A stretch of 64,000 nt of DNA, from positions 208,372-272,371 of the forward strand of contig JACPDA010000004.1 in the NCBI GenBank assembly GCA_016184225.1, written 5' to 3'. Source of the stretch: Candidatus Daviesbacteria bacterium (GTDB taxonomy: Bacteria; Patescibacteriota; Microgenomatia; Daviesbacterales; UBA10151). Below are positions 58,722-64,000 of this stretch, one piece after another (position 1 is the stretch's first letter; the number at the start of each line of letters is the position of its first letter). A model generated the notes under the pieces. The model was not told where the DNA came from and did no database searches. It saw only the letters and a list, made by a program, of their open reading frames with translations. The position numbers and the translations under genes were made by a program.

Positions 58722-58991
58722 TTAATAGGTTTCGAATCCTTTGAAATTTTTTAGGAACCCTTCGGTTGCTTTAACTTTTTCTACCCGGGCCATCATGGGG
58801 CCGGCGTTGCACCATTTAACAAATTTATCCAAATTATCCTGCCTGCCTTCTATTTCTATATAAACTGATCCGTCCGGCATGTTTTTAGTAAATCCGCTGA
58901 TTCTTAATTTGTCGGCCTCCTCTTTTGCACTGGCTCGGAAAAACACCCCTTGGACTAAACCATAAATGCTGATGTTGAAGTGTTTTTTCAT
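58722..58991 (-). CDS. acyP: Acylphosphatase
   Basis: G.VQGVFFR, G..KN.PDGSV, GP..ARV. Confidence 0.95.
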   Translation of the reverse strand: MKKHFNISIYGLVQGVFFRASAKEEADKLRISGFTKNMPDGSVYIEIEGRQDNLDKFVKWCNAGPMMARVEKVKATEGFLKNFKGFETY

Positions 58992-59764
58992 GAAAATTCT
59001 AGTATCATTGGCAGATGGTCGGAAACTTCTATATCCGGAACCTGGAAATTAGTTACTTTTACATCAGGGGAAATAAAAGTATAGTCAGCAAATTTATCTG
59101 ACCTAGGGTAGAACTTGCTTCTGGTTGTTTCTATATTATATTTTTTTATTAAATTAATCATACTGGAATCCAAAATTTTTATACTTTCCGTGTCTAACCC
59201 TAAGTTGAAATCGCCACATAAAATTTTTCCTCCATCCCGAGTCTCTAACAACTTTCGGATCTGTTTTGATTGTTGAATTCTGGAGGGGGTATCTCCTTTG
59301 CCTCCTTTAACCCAAATACCATGTATGTTGCATATGGTAAATTCCTTATTTCCCAAGAGGAAATTTATGTATTGGATATTTCGCGGTAAGCTATTTAAAT
59401 CTTTTGGATTAAAACTGTCTTTTTTTCCATAAACAAAAAGGTCGCTGTAAGATCGTACAGGGAACTTTTTATTAATAAATATGGCAAGCCCGGAAGACAG
59501 GCTAAAATCCACGAAATGCGTTTGAAAGCTACCGACTATATAATTATTCACACAAGAGGCAAAATACCCCTGGTGATTTTTCAAAACAGCGGTGATTTCT
59601 TGATTAAGATTCAGCCTGAATCCGGATTGTTCAGTAATATTGGACGTTGTACTAAATATTTCCTGAAAGCAAAATATGTCCGTATCGGTAGAATGCTGCT
59701 TGATGAAATCTATCAAAGGCTGGTAAATTTTCCCGCCCCAGGTGTTTAAAGAAATAAGTTTCAT
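58988..59764 (-). CDS. Endonuclease/exonuclease/phosphatase (EEP) family protein
   Basis: ISLN, DIFCFQE, ILCGDFN, DY.F, SDHLP. Confidence 0.92.
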   Translation of the reverse strand: MKLISLNTWGGKIYQPLIDFIKQHSTDTDIFCFQEIFSTTSNITEQSGFRLNLNQEITAVLKNHQGYFASCVNNYIVGSFQTHFVDFSLSSGLAIFINKKFPVRSYSDLFVYGKKDSFNPKDLNSLPRNIQYINFLLGNKEFTICNIHGIWVKGGKGDTPSRIQQSKQIRKLLETRDGGKILCGDFNLGLDTESIKILDSSMINLIKKYNIETTRSKFYPRSDKFADYTFISPDVKVTNFQVPDIEVSDHLPMILEFS

Positions 59765-59812
59765 AATATAAATAGTATTCTACGGGCGTGAATGGTAAAA
59801 TACAACAAGTTT

Positions 59813-59883
59813 CGGGGAGTAGTATAGTGGTAACACGCCGCGCTGGGGGTGCGGCATCGGGAGTCCGATTCTCCCCTCCCCGA
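59813..59883 (+). tRNA. tRNA-Pro(GGG)
   Basis: Acceptor CGGGGAG/CTCCCCG, anticodon arm CCGCG-CTGGGGG-TGCGG, T arm GGGAG-TCCGATT-CTCCC; CCA not encoded. Confidence 0.9.
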
Positions 59884-59944
59884 CACTATAGGTTACGTAA
59901 TTTTAGGGGCTTGAACTTTGGGAAATATTTGGTATCTTTAACAT

Positions 59945-61004
<1,060 letters not shown>

Positions 61005-61012
<8 letters not shown>

Positions 61013-61679
61013 AGTTACCTCGGTAGAACCTCAAAAAAAATCCGCCAGCCGGCGGACTAAAAGGTTTAATGTCTTTTTAGACGGCGAATTTGCTTTTGGG
61101 GCAGATGAAGATTTGGTGGTTAACAGAAGACTGGTGGTTGGTAAAGTTATTCCGTCAGAAGAGTTGGATCAAATTTTATTTGAAGCAGAGGTAGGAAAAT
61201 TGATGGAGCGGATGTATAGATGGTTTAGTATCAGGCAGCATTCGGAGAAAGAAGTAAGAGATTACTTTAGAGTCAAGAATCTAGAGTCTAGAGTCAAGGG
61301 GAAGGAAGAAAGAAGCCAGGTGGTGATTGATGCGGTGGTGGAGAGATTAAAACAAAAGGGAATGATTAATGATTTGGAATTTGCTAAAGCTTGGACAGAG
61401 GCCAGAAGGAAAAGTAAACAAAAAGGAATAAGAGCAATTAGGTCTGAACTTTTTCAAAAAGGAATTGATAAGGAAATTATAGAGGAAGTGACTAGAGTCG
61501 AGAGTCAAGAGTCTAGTGAAGAAGATTTGGCAAGACAGGCTTTGGAGAAAAAAATGAGGTTTTGGAAAAATCTACCCGCTTTAGAATTCAAGAAAAAAGC
61601 TTTTGAATATTTAATGAGAAAAGGGTTTGAATATGAAGTGGCGAAAGAAGTCATTGAAAAAGATATTAATTTAATGTAA
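61005..61679 (+). CDS. recX: Regulatory protein RecX
   Basis: Overlaps recA; R.HSEKEV, INDLEFA..W, G..AIR.EL.QKGI, YLMRKGF. Confidence 0.9.
61268..61519 (+). repeat. Two heptad 5' arms in frame in recX (61268-61298 and 61486-61519)
   Basis: tagagtc-aagaatc-tagagtc-tagagtc-aag; aagtgac-tagagtc-gagagtc-aagagtc-tagtga. Confidence 0.85.
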
Positions 61680-61801
61680 AATAAAAAGTTGAGTGATGGA
61701 AGTAGCAGAAGTTACAGATATGGACAAAAATTTCTCATCCATGTGTAATTCTTTCTAAACCGATTTTAATCGGCAATTTTCCATACCTCAATTTTTAAAA
61801 T

Positions 61802-63136
61802 ATGCAGAGAACATTTGGACCGATTAATTCGTCTGCCGGTAACGGCGGACAATCAAATATAGATGTAACAGAGCTTGCCAAGCGCGAGGGAATTCTAGAA
61901 GAAAGAGAACGGCAGATTAGTGAAAAACAAAAACTGATTGATGAAAAACTGGAGCAACTTGAAAAAGTCCGCAAAGATTTAGTTTCCAAGTTGGAAAAGG
62001 TTTCTTCTATGTCCAAAGAAGAAGCTCAAAAGATTCTGCTGGAAAACATAGACAAAGAGCTGGCCGCTGAAATCTCCAAAAGAATCAAAGAAGCTGAGGA
62101 AGAGATTAAGCTCACGGCAGATGAGAAAGCAAAGGAGATCCTCGCGGATGCCATGGTTCATGGAGTAACAGATTATATTTCTGAGTTTACAACTTCCAAG
62201 ATTAAGCTTCCCGATGAAGAGATGAAAGGTCGGATTATTGGTAAAGAAGGTCGGAATGTCCGGACTTTTGAACAGGTAACAGGTGTTGATGTGGTGATGG
62301 ACGATGAGATGCCTGATACTTTGATACTATCCTCCTTTGATCCGATCAGGCGGGAGGTCGCTAAAGTGGCGTTGGAACGGTTGATGGAAGATGGCCGAAT
62401 CCAGCCGCAGCGAATAGAAGAAATTGTGGCAAAAACTGAAGGAGACATTAATAAGCTAATGAGAGCAGCCGGAGAAAAACTTTGCCATGATGTCGGGGTT
62501 TATAATTTGCCGGTTGAACTGGTGGATATAATCGGCCGATTTAAGTACCGTTATTCATATGGCCAGAATTTAATTTTACATACCCAAGAGGAAACCCAAA
62601 TTGGTATAGCCTTAGCGCGAATGATCGGGGCGGATGTGAATGTAGTGCGTCTTGGTTGTTTGCTGCATGATGTCGGCAAAGTGGCAATGGAAGAGGAAGA
62701 AGGTACGCATGTTGAAAAAGGCGTACAGATAGCTAAAAAATTCGGCATGCCGGAAAAGATTATTAATTGTATTGCTGAACACCATGAAGATAAACCCTTT
62801 TCAGCTATTGAATCGGTGCTGGTTTATATTGCCGATGCCATATCTGGGGCTAGGCCGGGAGCAAGACATGAGAATGTCGGAGATTATATTAAGAGATTGG
62901 ATGATATTGAGAACATTGCCACCTCTTTTGAGGGGGTAGAAAAAGCTTTTGCCGTACAAGCCGGCCGGGAAGTGAGAGTCATTGTAACTCCGGAAAAGGT
63001 TCCGGACAGCGAGCTGCCAAAATTAGTACATGACATAGCAGAGCGTATTTCCAAAGAAGTGATGGTACCGGGTGCGGTTAAGATTACAGCAATCAGGGAA
63101 ACCCGCTACTCTGAATCCACTATGACAAATCCATAA
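61802..63136 (+). CDS. rny: Ribonuclease Y
   Basis: MKGRIIGKEGRN (KH), LLHDVGK (HD), ADAISGARPGAR, QAGREVRV. Confidence 0.97.
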   Translation: MQRTFGPINSSAGNGGQSNIDVTELAKREGILEERERQISEKQKLIDEKLEQLEKVRKDLVSKLEKVSSMSKEEAQKILLENIDKELAAEISKRIKEAEEEIKLTADEKAKEILADAMVHGVTDYISEFTTSKIKLPDEEMKGRIIGKEGRNVRTFEQVTGVDVVMDDEMPDTLILSSFDPIRREVAKVALERLMEDGRIQPQRIEEIVAKTEGDINKLMRAAGEKLCHDVGVYNLPVELVDIIGRFKYRYSYGQNLILHTQEETQIGIALARMIGADVNVVRLGCLLHDVGKVAMEEEEGTHVEKGVQIAKKFGMPEKIINCIAEHHEDKPFSAIESVLVYIADAISGARPGARHENVGDYIKRLDDIENIATSFEGVEKAFAVQAGREVRVIVTPEKVPDSELPKLVHDIAERISKEVMVPGAVKITAIRETRYSESTMTNP

Positions 63137-63223
63137 TAAGATCCTTCGTCGGCTTAATGCCTTCTCAGGACGAAGCAGAGCTTCGATTTGGGGCTTGCCA
63201 AAGAGTAAAACATCTGGTAATTT

Positions 63224-63502
63224 ATGGCCATGACTAAAAACCAACTGATTGAAAAAGTAGCCAAGAAGGCAAACTTAACCAAGAGAGCCGCATCAGATGC
63301 GGTCAACACTACATTCAATTTAATCAGAGACGGATTAGTTAGAGGAGAAAAAGTTGTTATTACGGGTTTTGGAACATTTTTAATTAGATCCAGAGCAGCC
63401 AGAAGAGGCAGAAATCCTCAAACCGGGGAAACTATCCAAATCCCCAATAAGAAGACTCCGGGTTTTGTATCAGGCAAGACATTGAAAAGAGTAATCAAAT
63501 GA
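63224..63502 (+). CDS. hup: HU family DNA-binding protein (start 63224 or 63230)
   Basis: TKNQLI, GFGTF, R.GRNPQTGE. Confidence 0.96.
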   Translation: MAMTKNQLIEKVAKKANLTKRAASDAVNTTFNLIRDGLVRGEKVVITGFGTFLIRSRAARRGRNPQTGETIQIPNKKTPGFVSGKTLKRVIK

Positions 63503-63588
63503 TGTCTTCTTTCCTTTTTGCTTCGCAAAAACGTAAGAAAACTCCTGGCTTTACCTCCGGCAAAACTCTTAAAAGACTGATTAAGTAG
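63502..63588 (+). other. Diverged duplicate of the HU 3' end forming a 28-codon ORF
   Basis: MSSFLFASQKRKKTPGFTSGKTLKRLIK versus HU tail NKKTPGFVSGKTLKRVIK; TGATG overlap with the HU stop. Confidence 0.7.
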
Positions 63589-63621
63589 TTATTCCTCAAT
63601 CGGAAATATTACCATTAACTG

Positions 63622-64000
63622 ATGAGTGTTATCTCTGTTAAGAATTTAAAAAAATATTATCAAGTTTATCAAAAAGAGCCCGGATTTTGGGGATCGATTC
63701 AAGCTCTATTTCTTCGTAAATACTACAATATTAAAGCAGTTGATGGAATTTCCTTTGAGATACCCGAAGGAGAGCTAGTAGGATTTATTGGGCCAAATGG
63801 AGCAGGTAAAACCACCACTTTAAAGGTTTTATCGGGGTTGCTATATCCGACAAGTGGTGAGGTTAGAGTTTTAGGTCTTAAACCTTTCGAACGCCAAAAG
63901 CAGTTTCAAGCGAACATTTCTTTAATAATGGGTCAAAAGAATCAATTATGGTGGGACCTACCAGCCTGGGATAGTTTTATTTTAAACAAAGAGATTTATG
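63622..64000 (+). CDS. ABC transporter ATP-binding protein (runs off the window end)
   Basis: Manual translation MSVISVKNLKKYY..AVDGISF..GFIGPNGAGKTTTLK. Confidence 0.92.
   Translation, partial: MSVISVKNLKKYYQVYQKEPGFWGSIQALFLRKYYNIKAVDGISFEIPEGELVGFIGPNGAGKTTTLKVLSGLLYPTSGEVRVLGLKPFERQKQFQANISLIMGQKNQLWWDLPAWDSFILNKEIY

Overview
Core-genome window of a reduced bacterium, almost entirely on the + strand. It is most consistent with Patescibacteria/CPR, Microgenomates-like (inference from the missing uL30 in the spc operon, short IF2/AlaRS/uL2 and pervasive leaderless promoters). Gene order: nusA-infB, rpsO-pnp, a Lon-like ATPase, rnj, ftsK, alaS, a sortase-yqgF-mltG cluster, rpoBC, an interrupted str operon, the S10-spc-alpha ribosomal clusters, PMM/PGM, SAM riboswitch-metK, tRNA-Pro, recA-recX-rny-HU and a partial ABC ATPase. 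Two non-obvious systems stand out. (1) A three-part module inserted between rpsG and fusA: an orphan protein gene, an overlapping tRNA-like RNA (CAU anticodon, about 30-nt extra arm), and a convergent ~57-nt sRNA with its own promoter and terminator that can pair over 22 nt with the tRNA-like RNA. (2) A dispersed family of 7-nt-periodic inverted-repeat arms (AG every 7 nt in 5' arms, CT every 7 nt in 3' arms). They lie just upstream of start codons of translation and RNA-metabolism genes, occur in frame inside core proteins, and in one case enclose a four-helix-bundle (IVS/Avd-like) gene as a cassette. REP-like palindromes are also inserted in frame in nusA, fusA, the Lon-like gene and recX. 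All calls were made by eye from motifs; no searches were run.
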